Shown: piece after piece, positions 1-9,090 of the stretch
Layout of the letters: each line of letters opens with the position of its first letter
Position numbering within the stretch: the first letter of the stretch is position 1
Source of the DNA: a virus
Taxonomy: Duplodnaviria > Heunggongvirae > Uroviricota > Caudoviricetes
Strand: one strand, 5' to 3'
IMG/VR virus record: IMGVR_UViG_2609459856_000007
Location: 28,436 to 92,435 of that record
DNA: 64,000 nucleotides
Notes under the pieces: generated by a model
Told to the model about the DNA's origin: nothing
The model's database searches: none
Seen by the model: the letters and a program-made list of their open reading frames with translations, nothing else
Translations under genes and position numbers: made by a program

Positions 1-239
1 GTCATACCCGAGTTTTCGTAAATCTTCATGACCTTTTCACGAGCCTTTGCAGTAGTCTCTAATGACGTAGCTATCTTATCAAAATCACCCATCGTCATAT
101 TGGACAGCACCAGATTGATGATGTCTGCCTTTGACAGTTTTATGCTGCGTTCACGCAGTCGATTCTGAAAGGTCTCTAGTTTATCGTTTGCTTTTTCGGT
201 TAACTGAACCTGGCAGTGTATAGCGCGTTTCTCGCTCAT
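1..239 (-). CDS. hypothetical protein, partial (start in window, runs off left edge); start 2 nt after helicase stop
   Basis: Reverse-strand ATG at 237-239; translation MSEKRAIHCQVQLTEKANDKLETF... open to position 1. Confidence 0.4.
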   Translation of the reverse strand, partial: MSEKRAIHCQVQLTEKANDKLETFQNRLRERSIKLSKADIINLVLSNMTMGDFDKIATSLETTAKAREKVMKIYENSGM

Positions 240-241
240 GC

Positions 242-1801
242 TTACTCTCTATTTAAAACAGTGAAATCGAATGTGCTGCCAACCGGCAAGACCCCCTCGG
301 CAAACCCAGGCGTCGTGTCGATAATGTGTTTCCGCTCATATGAATGCGACATGAGGTATTTGTTGCTCACGTCGATGAAGTCGGTAATAAAGCACACGTT
401 AGCCTGATTCTTTTTGGCTCGAAGACCGCGACCCACACGTTGACGCATCTCCACTTCGGCTTTGCCGCCACCACCCAGAATCACCGCGCCTACGCTTGGA
501 ACGTCGACACCAACATCCAGAATGGTTGAACCAATGAGAACATCTATCTTGCCTGCCGCCAGACTATTAAGTTTTGCTTGTCGGGTAGTCTGGTTTGATT
601 CTCCGTAGATGAAATCGACCTTGAGGCCACTCTCTTTCATCATTTCCATCAAGATCTGACCATGACGCTTCAGACGAACCAATGTCATACAGTTCAGACC
701 GTGACTCTTGTACATTAGCGCTTCACGCACAATAGCTTCGTTGCGGCCCAGATTATAGACGATGCCTAACTGATAGGCTTTCTGGTAAGCCGTGCTCATT
801 CCAACCCGAAAATTCAGGTGTTTTGAAGCAAGTTCGGCTCTAATCCGCGCCTCATCTGGAGTGTACGCGATTTTATGATATAAAAAGTATGGTTTCGCTA
901 AAATACCTCTGTCGATCAAATATTTCTCCGTTACTTTTATCTCGATGCGACCCGCAACGGCCATGAGACGCATATTTGCTTCAGTCGAGTCCTTCATGAA
1001 CGGCGTTGCTGTCAGCGCCAGACGGTAGTCGGCATTGATGCACAACCGGGCGATGTCGTAGAAGTTAGAACCAGATGATTCGTGTGCCTCTTCCAGAATC
1101 AGCAGAGAAACGCTGGACAGGAAGCGTTTAACCAGTTCCCGGCGCTTCAGGTGGTACTGTTTTTTCTCCGGTGATGCGTCGCGCGGTGGCTCTTCGAGAA
1201 AACTGGCCAGGGTCTGCACCGTGGCAACGTTGATATGGCGCGAGACCTGGAACTCACCCGATCCAATCACCCCAACTCTCTGACCTTTCAGCCACGGCTC
1301 GCCATTCTCCGCGCGGTAGTCGATGGATTTCTGGAAGTTCTCTGCCATCTGGAACATCAGAACCGATCGCGTGGTTAAAAACAGCGTCATACGACCAATG
1401 CGAGCAGCAGCCTTACACGCTACGTTCGATTTACCGCCACCCGTCGCAATCTGGGCAATCATCATCCCTTCGCGCACCAGTGTTTCCACTGTCTGATCCT
1501 GATACGCGTAGTCCGGGTTATACGGGAATGGGTTAACCACCGGATTCGGCTTACCCAGCGCGGGAGCTTTTTCCTTGCGAACATGCACGCATTTGATGCC
1601 AGCTTTCAGAAGATTGGTCGCAACTGGCTTCGCAAACCCAGCCGGGAACGCGTTTTTACTCCAGTTGAACATCGTGCTGGTCCCTTTCCAGTCACCAGCC
1701 TCCACTTCATAGCTCAACATCTCCTGAACAAGCCGTTTCACGTTGTCATCAGCGCCAGAAATCAGCGCATTGACTGCATTTGATACAATCCGAACAGTCA
1801 T
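242..1801 (-). CDS. superfamily 2 DEAD/DEAH-box DNA helicase
   Basis: Motif I GGGKS, motif II LEEAH, motif III TATP, motif VI QRVGRGLR; RBS GGAAAGAGG upstream of ATG. Confidence 0.85.
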   Translation of the reverse strand: MTVRIVSNAVNALISGADDNVKRLVQEMLSYEVEAGDWKGTSTMFNWSKNAFPAGFAKPVATNLLKAGIKCVHVRKEKAPALGKPNPVVNPFPYNPDYAYQDQTVETLVREGMMIAQIATGGGKSNVACKAAARIGRMTLFLTTRSVLMFQMAENFQKSIDYRAENGEPWLKGQRVGVIGSGEFQVSRHINVATVQTLASFLEEPPRDASPEKKQYHLKRRELVKRFLSSVSLLILEEAHESSGSNFYDIARLCINADYRLALTATPFMKDSTEANMRLMAVAGRIEIKVTEKYLIDRGILAKPYFLYHKIAYTPDEARIRAELASKHLNFRVGMSTAYQKAYQLGIVYNLGRNEAIVREALMYKSHGLNCMTLVRLKRHGQILMEMMKESGLKVDFIYGESNQTTRQAKLNSLAAGKIDVLIGSTILDVGVDVPSVGAVILGGGGKAEVEMRQRVGRGLRAKKNQANVCFITDFIDVSNKYLMSHSYERKHIIDTTPGFAEGVLPVGSTFDFTVLNRE

Positions 1802-1846
1802 AAACCTCTTTCCTTCGTGCCTTTTGTATGGTAATTGGCTATTATG

Positions 1847-1864
1847 TTAAGTAAGTGCTTACAC
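1847..1864. promoter_or_regulatory. palindromic TAAGTA-n-TACTTA motif in divergent helicase/ParB intergenic region
   Basis: ttaagtaagtgcttacac; family recurs at 11 sites. Confidence 0.35.
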
Positions 1865-1865
1865 A

Positions 1866-2564
1866 ATGTATTGTATCAAAAATATGGATGTGAAAATTAC
1901 GATTCTACAGGTGGAAGTCGCGAACCTGCGTCCGAACCCCTGGAATACCAACTCCGTTGGGGCGCAAAACTTCGAAAAACTGAAAGGTTCCATCGAAAAG
2001 TTGGGCTTTTTTAAGCCAATTCTGGCGCGAGAGCTGGACGGCGGCATTTTTGAGATTCTCGGTGGCGAACATCGCTGGCGTGCCGCGATGGAGCAGGGCA
2101 TTTCAACGGTTCCCGTCATCTCCGTGGGCAAAATTAACGACCTGGTGGCCAAACAGATGTCCCTCGTCGACAACGAGCGCTACGGCGAAGACGATCAGGT
2201 CGCTTTGCAGCGCTTAATCGAAGAAATCCAGTCTGAAATCGACTACCGGTTGTCCGATATCGCCCCGTATGACGACGAAATGGCGGCAACACTCGCCAAA
2301 GCGTCCGTTATCGATCTTGAAGCGCTGGAAGCGCTCTCCCGTGGCGATGACGAGCCGGTCGATGAGGACAAACGCGAGAAAACCGAGCGAGTCGGCGCTG
2401 AACACCAGACGATGCGCTTCAAGGTGACGTTTGATGCGTCAGATCGGGTCGCCGACACCATCAAAACCATCATCAAAGAGCAGGGAATCAATACCGGTAA
2501 CGAAATGGAGAACGCCGGGGAAGCCCTGGTGTGGCTGGTCGACTACTACAAGGAGCGTATGTAA
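1866..2564 (+). CDS. ParB/Srx-like nuclease domain protein
   Basis: ILGGEHRWRAA motif typical of ParB N-terminal domain; start could be 1884. Confidence 0.7.
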   Translation: MYCIKNMDVKITILQVEVANLRPNPWNTNSVGAQNFEKLKGSIEKLGFFKPILARELDGGIFEILGGEHRWRAAMEQGISTVPVISVGKINDLVAKQMSLVDNERYGEDDQVALQRLIEEIQSEIDYRLSDIAPYDDEMAATLAKASVIDLEALEALSRGDDEPVDEDKREKTERVGAEHQTMRFKVTFDASDRVADTIKTIIKEQGINTGNEMENAGEALVWLVDYYKERM

Positions 2565-3232
2565 TGACCAAAAACTTTGAAATCGTCTATCGAAACCCGG
2601 CAGAACTCATCCCGTATGAGATGAACGCCAAAAAACATGACGAACAGCAGATCCGCGATCTGGCGGCCGCCATCAAAAAGCGCGGTTTTGACCAGCCGAT
2701 CACGGTCGACAAGCACGACGTCATCATTACTGGCCACGGTCGTCGCGAGGCGGCTCTTCTGGCTGGTCTGGAGCGTGTGCCGGTCATTGTTCGCGACGAT
2801 CTGAGCGAAGAAGAAGTGAAGGCTAAGCGTCTGGAAGACAACCGCCTGGCCAGTATTGACTACGACGCCATCAAATTGCAGCAGGAACTGGAATCCCTGG
2901 TGCTGGGCGACGTCGAGGTCTTCGGTTTTGAAGAGCGCGAGCTGAACGTGCTTGTCGGCAGCATGACCGAAGAGATGGAAACCGGCTCTCTGGTGCTCGA
3001 TCTGGGCGAAGAGACGGAGCGCCAGAAGGAAGAGCACACCGAGATCAGTCGCGAAGTGGCCTCTGAAGAAGTCCGCGTCATCGACGTATTGGGCTTTAAA
3101 ACGCTCCCTGCTGGCTCTGCCATTGTGGTTGGGGATTTGCTTGCCCACATGGAAGAAATCACGGGAGAGAGCGGGGTAGACGCTTTCGTGGCGTATGCGG
3201 AGAAAGTTTCTTCTGGTGAGCTGGCCGCATGA
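2564..3232 (+). CDS. ParB-like nuclease domain protein (second copy)
   Basis: ITGHGRREAA motif; ATG overlaps upstream stop (TAATG); ORF track start 2531 is an upstream GTG. Confidence 0.7.
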   Translation: MTKNFEIVYRNPAELIPYEMNAKKHDEQQIRDLAAAIKKRGFDQPITVDKHDVIITGHGRREAALLAGLERVPVIVRDDLSEEEVKAKRLEDNRLASIDYDAIKLQQELESLVLGDVEVFGFEERELNVLVGSMTEEMETGSLVLDLGEETERQKEEHTEISREVASEEVRVIDVLGFKTLPAGSAIVVGDLLAHMEEITGESGVDAFVAYAEKVSSGELAA

Positions 3233-3867
3233 GCAAATACACCATCAACGTATCGTTTCAGACCCGCGTGAACAAAACCACGCGCACGCTGGAGATTGCC
3301 GAATCGTTCGGTCTTGGCCTGGACGAAAAAGAGTGGACGCTTTACGACAATCTGGAGCTGGAAGTGAAGCAGGGCGATGTGGTGTACATCACCGGCCAAT
3401 CCGGTTCCGGTAAATCCGTTGTGCTGCGCGAGCTGCAACGCCAGATGAAGGATGAAGGGCTTTCTGTAGCCTCCATCGATGACTTTGCCTTCGACAATGA
3501 GGTTAACGTCATTGACCAGCTGGGCAAAACCACCAGCGAAGCGCTGGGGCTGCTGTCTATGGCCGGATTGAATGACGCCTATCTCTTTGTGCGTAAGCCA
3601 TCCGAGATGTCTGACGGCCAGAAATACCGTCTCAAGATCGCCAAGCTGATCGAGTCCGGCGCGAAAGTCTGGGCTGCCGACGAATTTGGCGCTGTTCTCG
3701 ACCGTGTAACCGCCCAGGTTGTGGCGTCGAACCTCCAGCGTGCCGCCCGTAAGGTTGGTGCGACGGTAATGGTGGCGACGACCCACGAAGACCTGAAGAA
3801 CGCGCTGCGCCCGGATATGCAGATCACCAAGCACTACAAAGAACGCGTGAAGGTGGAATATGCCTGA
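3229..3867 (+). CDS. minimal ABC-type ATPase domain protein
   Basis: Walker A GQSGSGKS, signature-like SDGQKYR, Walker B VWAADEF, H-loop TTHE; ATGA overlap with upstream gene. Confidence 0.65.
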   Translation: MSKYTINVSFQTRVNKTTRTLEIAESFGLGLDEKEWTLYDNLELEVKQGDVVYITGQSGSGKSVVLRELQRQMKDEGLSVASIDDFAFDNEVNVIDQLGKTTSEALGLLSMAGLNDAYLFVRKPSEMSDGQKYRLKIAKLIESGAKVWAADEFGAVLDRVTAQVVASNLQRAARKVGATVMVATTHEDLKNALRPDMQITKHYKERVKVEYA

Positions 3868-4114
3868 TTTGAAGATCGTAGAGCTGAAGCCATCGAAAGA
3901 GGCTGACAACAACAACGTTGAAGTCATCCGCCTGCTGGAAGAAGCACTCCAGTACGCCAGAGAAGGCAAAAGCCAGAGCCTGGCACTGCTGATGATCAAC
4001 AACGACGGCAGTGTGCTGGATTGCTGGCATAACGGTGGGCGTCCATACGTCATGGTTGGGGCGATGGAATCGCTTCGCCTGGACTTCATCAATGCCAATA
4101 TCGAGCGTAGGTGA
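3860..4114 (+). CDS. hypothetical protein
   Basis: 84-aa ORF translationally coupled in operon. Confidence 0.4.
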   Translation: MPDLKIVELKPSKEADNNNVEVIRLLEEALQYAREGKSQSLALLMINNDGSVLDCWHNGGRPYVMVGAMESLRLDFINANIERR

Positions 4115-4119
4115 TCGAC

Positions 4120-5037
4120 ATGACAGGCATCATCATCAAACGCTACCGCCCGGAAGAGTTCCCGCGTCATCTGGACTTTCTGGAGCGTATGACCGTTACC
4201 AAAGGCACGGTTGAAGACTGGCACGCGCTGAAGTCGCTGCACTACAAGACGGATGGTAAGCCGTTTGCGCCAACGTATTATCGCTGCGAACTGGACGACC
4301 GGCTGGTGGGCGTCGTGGTTATGGCTTACCCGAAACTGCTGCTGGCGCCTCGCCATCGCATGTTTCCTAAGCTGAAGCCAACCACCAATACCACCGTGGC
4401 CAACCAGTATTGGGGGCGGTACGTGAACAACAACTTTGCGGTGATCAGCCGTTCCGTTGTGGACACTCAGTACCGCGGTGTCGGCGTCTCCTATCGAATG
4501 ATTAACCTGGTTAGCAGGATGCACGACCGGCCAATCATCGAGATCCAGTCGTCGATGAGCAAATACAACCCGTTCGCCATGAAAGCAGGGTTCCAGTTCA
4601 TCCGTCCGGAGCGTCCGAAGAGCTATGAGAGTGCGTTGCGTGTCTTCCAGCGTCATTTCCGTTCCGACCCTGGCGACAACGAAGCGATCGTCAAAGAGCT
4701 GTTTGCCATGAGTGAGTCTCGCCGTCGTCGTGCGCTGCGTGATCTGGTCGCTGACTACCACAAGAACAGTTCCCTGGCCAAAGCCGGGCGTAATCGTGGC
4801 ACGACGATTCAGGACATTGCCGACAGCCTGGTGGACGAGGCCAGCATCGTGAAGCTGCTCAAGGACATTCACAACCTGAGCTTCACGTCTCCGCTGTATG
4901 GCGTGTACCGAAACCCGGACTTTGGTCGTCAGCTGCCGGACACGCTGCCACTGCTGGCATTCGACAAACAGCCTTTGAATAACCCTCTTGAAATTGCATT
5001 ATCCGAAGAAGCCCCCGCCGATCGCAGACCGTGTTAA
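4120..5037 (+). CDS. hypothetical protein, possible GNAT-like fold
   Basis: AGGTGA RBS before ATG 4120; YRGVGVSYRMINLV resembles acetyl-CoA binding motif A (weak). Confidence 0.4.
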   Translation: MTGIIIKRYRPEEFPRHLDFLERMTVTKGTVEDWHALKSLHYKTDGKPFAPTYYRCELDDRLVGVVVMAYPKLLLAPRHRMFPKLKPTTNTTVANQYWGRYVNNNFAVISRSVVDTQYRGVGVSYRMINLVSRMHDRPIIEIQSSMSKYNPFAMKAGFQFIRPERPKSYESALRVFQRHFRSDPGDNEAIVKELFAMSESRRRRALRDLVADYHKNSSLAKAGRNRGTTIQDIADSLVDEASIVKLLKDIHNLSFTSPLYGVYRNPDFGRQLPDTLPLLAFDKQPLNNPLEIALSEEAPADRRPC

Positions 5038-5258
5038 CGCAGTGAACCGCATGTTGATGAGTGCCTCGGGCGAAACCCGGTTGTACATCGATCCGAAGTG
5101 CAAACACCTCATCGACTCGCTGGAGAAGGTGATCTACAAGCCAGGCTCACGCGATATGGATAAGACTGGCGGCATCGAACACAGTGCGGATGCGTTAGGT
5201 TATCCGGTTCATCGTAGGTATCCGGTGAAAAATCGTGTTATTCTTGGTGGATCTAGAT

Positions 5259-5274
5259 AGGTAAGTACTTACCT
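5259..5274. promoter_or_regulatory. perfect 16-bp palindrome AGGTAAGTACTTACCT upstream of portal-like gene
   Basis: Member of recurring TAAGTA-n-TACTTA motif family. Confidence 0.4.
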
Positions 5275-5293
5275 AATAGGAAAAGAAAATCAA

Positions 5294-6868
5294 ATGGAAT
5301 TGACTGACAAGCAAATCAAAGACCTTGTGGCACGACGCCACCCAGAATATGAGAAGAAAAAAGAACATTGGGACTTCCTCGCCAGCACCTACGCTGGCGG
5401 GCGTGCCTGGTTCAACGACAATATCTTCCGTTACTTCAAAGAGGGCGATCAGGAGTTCAAAGAGCGCCTGGAACGCGCTTATCGCTTCAACCATACGCGC
5501 GAAGTGGTAAACCTCATCAACAAATACCTCTTCAAAGAGGTCATTCACCGCAACACTGATGAAGCACCGGAGCAGATCCGCAATTTCTGGAAGCGAGCCA
5601 CGCGCCAGAACGCCTCCATCGATGCGTTTATGGCGGCTATCGATCTGCAATCATCCATTTATGGCCGTATCTGGGTTGTCGTGGATAGCACGATGAACGT
5701 CGATGTTGAGTCTGTTGCAGACGAGAAGAAAAATGATGCGCGTGCCTACGCTTACTGGATTTCGCCGCAGCAGCTGCTTGATGTTGCCTGGGATGAAGAC
5801 GGCAATATGTTGTGGGCGCTGATTGTTGAAATCGCGCGCGACGACGAAGATCCGTTCACTTCAACCGGGCAGGAATACCAGCGTTACCGTCTGTGGACGC
5901 AAAACGAGTGGTATCTGTTCCGTGAAGAAGTGAAGAAGGGTTCCGGAAATAGCGGTCGCCGTCAGGCCAAAGTCGTTCTGGAGGATAGCGGCCAGCATAA
6001 TCTGGGCGTGGTGCCGGTGTTCCCGGTGGATTGCATTGGTGAAAGCGAGTCTCCGTATTTTAGCCCGTCGTTGATTGACGATATTGCCTATCTTGATCGC
6101 GCCGTGGCCAACTACCTGTCGAACCTTGACGCGATTATTCAGGATCAGACATTCAGCCAGTTAGCGATTCCGGTTCAGTCCCTGCTGCCGGGCGATGAAA
6201 ACCACACCAAAGTGCTCGAAATGGGGACAAAACGTGTCTTCACCTTCGATTCTGAGAGCGGTAATCAGCCATTCTATCTGTCTCCAGACCCGAAACAGGC
6301 TCAGATGATCATCACCACGATTAAGACGGTGATTAATGAGATCTACCATTCCGTTGGTGTGGCTGGTGAGCGAACCAAGCAGGATAACGCGCAGGGTATC
6401 GACAACTCTTCGGGGGCAGCGAAGATGTACGACTTCCAACGTATTAACAGTCTGTTGGTGACAAAAGCAGAGCGCCTCGAAAGGGCAGAACGCCAAATGA
6501 TGGAGTTGGCTGCGAAATGGATGGGCATCGAATTGGATGAAGACCACTCTCTGATCGCTTACCCGGAGAGTTTCGATATTCGTGGTCTGACTGACGAATT
6601 TGCCGTCGCTGAGAAATTGTCGCTGTTACAGGCGCCTGATTCTGTACGTCGTCATCAGATGGAAATGCTCATAGAAAAGATCTTCCCGAATATTTCCGAA
6701 GCGATGCAAAAGGAATTTAAAAAAGATCTCTTGAAATTTCCTCTAAAAAATGCTCCTGGCGCCCTTGAAAATAAGTCAGTACTTACTTATGATCGAGATA
6801 CAGTCCAAGAAAGCGGACAAGATCAACCCCGAGGGAATGGGGACTCATCTACTCAAGAGACCGAGTGA
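5294..6868 (+). CDS. putative portal protein
   Basis: 524 aa, no NTPase motif, immediately upstream of scaffold-like and capsid-like genes; assignment by size and position only. Confidence 0.5.
   Translation: MELTDKQIKDLVARRHPEYEKKKEHWDFLASTYAGGRAWFNDNIFRYFKEGDQEFKERLERAYRFNHTREVVNLINKYLFKEVIHRNTDEAPEQIRNFWKRATRQNASIDAFMAAIDLQSSIYGRIWVVVDSTMNVDVESVADEKKNDARAYAYWISPQQLLDVAWDEDGNMLWALIVEIARDDEDPFTSTGQEYQRYRLWTQNEWYLFREEVKKGSGNSGRRQAKVVLEDSGQHNLGVVPVFPVDCIGESESPYFSPSLIDDIAYLDRAVANYLSNLDAIIQDQTFSQLAIPVQSLLPGDENHTKVLEMGTKRVFTFDSESGNQPFYLSPDPKQAQMIITTIKTVINEIYHSVGVAGERTKQDNAQGIDNSSGAAKMYDFQRINSLLVTKAERLERAERQMMELAAKWMGIELDEDHSLIAYPESFDIRGLTDEFAVAEKLSLLQAPDSVRRHQMEMLIEKIFPNISEAMQKEFKKDLLKFPLKNAPGALENKSVLTYDRDTVQESGQDQPRGNGDSSTQETE
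6773..6790. promoter_or_regulatory. TAAGTA-n-TACTTA motif inside 3' end of portal-like gene, upstream of scaffold gene
   Basis: taagtcagtacttactta. Confidence 0.3.
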
Positions 6869-6890
6869 TAAGTAACGAAAAGGTATTTCT

Positions 6891-7787
6891 ATGAATCTGT
6901 GGCAAATGCTTATGGCCCGTCGTGGCCTGATGGATGTAGCCGAAGCGCATGAGCGCGGCGGCGCTGGTGGCGGTGCTCCTGCTGGAGACAATGAGCAGAG
7001 CATTCAAGACCCAGGCAAACAGGGCGAGCAAAAAGAGCAACCGAAGGGTGACGACGATGAGTATGCCGGTATGACTCAGGAAGAGTTGCTGGCAGAACTG
7101 CGTAAGTCTAAGAAAGCCGGTGCTGATCTGTTGAAAGAGAACATGAAGCGCAAGGAGAAAGAGCGCACATTGGCCGATCAGCTGGCTCAGTACGGTGATA
7201 TTGACCCGACGCGTGCTCGTCAGCTTCTCGAAGCTGAACAAGCCGCAGAAACCGCACGTCGGGAGGCGGAGCAGGCTGAACTGGAACGTCGTGGTGAGTT
7301 CGATGCTGTGAAAAAGCAGATGATCGAAGCACACCAGACTGAACTGGCACAGCGCGACGAACGCTACTCCGCTCTGGAGAGCGAGAACGCCGCACTGAAG
7401 GCTCAACTGGTCGAAATGACTGTTGGTGTTTCCTTCAGCAGTTCTGCTTTCCTGCGTGACAAAGTTCTGATGACTCCGGCTAAGGCACGCGTTATCTACG
7501 GCTCTCATTTCGAAGTGGGTGAAGACGGTAGTGTTGTGGGCTTTGATAAGCCAGCCGGTCAGAAAGAACGTGCAGTTCTGGTTGACGGTGAAGGCAAGCC
7601 GTTACCGTTCGAATCCGCGATTGAGCGCATTCTGCGTGCAGATCCGGAAGCTGACGCACTGTTGCGTAGCGAAGCCAAGCAGGGTGCTGGTTCCAATAGC
7701 AAACCGACCCACAAAGTAAGCCAGCCGAAGAGCAAGTCGACTATGGATAAGTTGACCTCCGGTCTGGGAAAAATCGGACTCAAGTAA
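6891..7787 (+). CDS. putative scaffolding protein
   Basis: Acidic N-terminus, long Ala/Glu/Gln-rich predicted coiled coil, located between portal-like and capsid-like genes. Confidence 0.5.
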   Translation: MNLWQMLMARRGLMDVAEAHERGGAGGGAPAGDNEQSIQDPGKQGEQKEQPKGDDDEYAGMTQEELLAELRKSKKAGADLLKENMKRKEKERTLADQLAQYGDIDPTRARQLLEAEQAAETARREAEQAELERRGEFDAVKKQMIEAHQTELAQRDERYSALESENAALKAQLVEMTVGVSFSSSAFLRDKVLMTPAKARVIYGSHFEVGEDGSVVGFDKPAGQKERAVLVDGEGKPLPFESAIERILRADPEADALLRSEAKQGAGSNSKPTHKVSQPKSKSTMDKLTSGLGKIGLK

Positions 7788-7813
7788 CATCTTAAATCAT
7801 AGGGAAATGAAAG

Positions 7814-8689
7814 ATGCCATTACTGCGTGATGAAGCTGAAAAGCTGTCTAATAACGAACTTGAGCAGGGTGTGATCGAGACCATCATCGATCGCGATGAC
7901 CTGTTCGCTATTCTGCCTTTCATGAAGATTAATTCTAAGGCATACCTTTACAACCGCGAAGCTACCCTGAGCGAAGCTACCTTCATTGATGTGAACGACA
8001 CCATCACTGAAGGCGCAGCAACCTTCAGCGAACACGTTGCGAAGCTACGTATCCTGGCAGGCGACGTAGACGTCGACAAATTCCTGGCGACCACTATGTC
8101 CGACACCAACAACCAGCTGGCAATCCAGGTTCGTCAGAAGGTGAAAGGTCTGGCTCGCGCATTCCGCCGCAATCTGATTCTGGGCGACTCCAGCACCAAC
8201 ACCAAAGCGTTCGACGGTATTCCGAAACTGATGCACGACGATCAGAAGATCGACATCGAAGGCGCTTCCATGACCTTCTCCATGTTCGACGAACTGGTCG
8301 ACGCGGTGAAAGATCTGGGTGCGGACTGCATCATGATGCGCTCCGAGCATCTGCGTGCTTATCGCGCTCTGCTGCGTACCGTTAATATCGGCCCGTCCGA
8401 AATTATGATGGAAAACTTCGGTCGACCGATGTTGTGCCACAACGGTGTACCTTTCATCGTGAACGACTTCATCCCGACTGACGCGGGCAAAGCAAGCATC
8501 TACTGTCTGCACCTGTCCGAAGAGAACGGTGTGACCGGTCTGTATGGCGGTGAAAACGCTGGTATCGTTGTTGAGAACATCGGTACTGTTCAGAACAAAG
8601 ACGCAACCCGTACCCGCGTTAAGTGGTACTGCTCTCTGGCGAACAAGCACGACAAAGCTATCGCCGCGCTGACCAATGTAAAAATTTGA
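7814..8689 (+). CDS. putative major capsid protein
   Basis: 291 aa, position after scaffold, followed by strong terminator; no motif-level confirmation. Confidence 0.5.
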   Translation: MPLLRDEAEKLSNNELEQGVIETIIDRDDLFAILPFMKINSKAYLYNREATLSEATFIDVNDTITEGAATFSEHVAKLRILAGDVDVDKFLATTMSDTNNQLAIQVRQKVKGLARAFRRNLILGDSSTNTKAFDGIPKLMHDDQKIDIEGASMTFSMFDELVDAVKDLGADCIMMRSEHLRAYRALLRTVNIGPSEIMMENFGRPMLCHNGVPFIVNDFIPTDAGKASIYCLHLSEENGVTGLYGGENAGIVVENIGTVQNKDATRTRVKWYCSLANKHDKAIAALTNVKI

Positions 8690-8702
8690 TCAGAATGATA
8701 GG

Positions 8703-8720
8703 TAAGTAGTTATCTACTTA
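8703..8720. promoter_or_regulatory. TAAGTA-n-TACTTA motif
   Basis: taagtagttatctactta. Confidence 0.35.
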
Positions 8721-8723
8721 ATA

Positions 8724-8751
8724 TGGGTGGGCTATACGCCCACCTTTTTTG
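8724..8751 (+). terminator. rho-independent terminator after capsid gene
   Basis: GGGTGGGC-tatac-GCCCACC stem followed by TTTTTT. Confidence 0.65.
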
Positions 8752-8763
8752 TAGGAGCGATAA

Positions 8764-9090
8764 ATGCCAGAACAAAAGATGAAAATCATGGAGGAGACGT
8801 TTGCGGATTTCACAGGGCATATGTGCCGTGCCGGATTCACCAACTCCGTCTCCAACGAGCCTCTGAGCGAGCGCCAGCAGAACCATCTTGCGGCTTGCTT
8901 CCGGACAGTTCCGTTCACGCAGTCTGTCAGCGTGGAGTCTGTTGCTCTGACTCCTGATTCTGTCTCTGTTGAGAAGGGGAAGTCAGTCAAATTGCGAGTT
9001 GATGTGCAACCGTCAAACGCAACCAATCAAAAAGTCACCTGGACTTCTCAAAATAGCGACAAAGCGACCGTGGATCAGAACGGTATCTGA
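8764..9090 (+). CDS. bacterial Ig-like (Big_2) domain protein
   Basis: RBS GGAG; C-terminal SVSVEKGKSVKLRVDVQPSNATNQKVTWTSQNSDKATVDQNG matches Big_2 pattern. Confidence 0.65.
   Translation: MPEQKMKIMEETFADFTGHMCRAGFTNSVSNEPLSERQQNHLAACFRTVPFTQSVSVESVALTPDSVSVEKGKSVKLRVDVQPSNATNQKVTWTSQNSDKATVDQNGI

Noticed and set aside
3229-3867. ABC-type ATPase as terminase large subunit
   Set aside because: Only about 212 aa, ABC-signature-like motif present, no nuclease domain; too small and wrong architecture for a large terminase.
2860-4872. 670-aa minus-strand ORF (and 2546..3148, 2587..2841 minus) antisense to the ParB/ATPase operon
   Set aside because: Low-complexity Arg/Ser/Thr/Pro-rich translation, no motifs or RBS, fully overlaps well-supported plus-strand genes; judged an antisense artefact.
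8969-9085. Track start at 8969 (TTG) for the fibre ORF
   Set aside because: First 39 codons (RRGSQSNCELMCNRQTQPIKKSPGLLKIATKRPWIRT) look like out-of-frame translation of the Big_2 gene, with no RBS; the real entry into this frame is probably near 9086.
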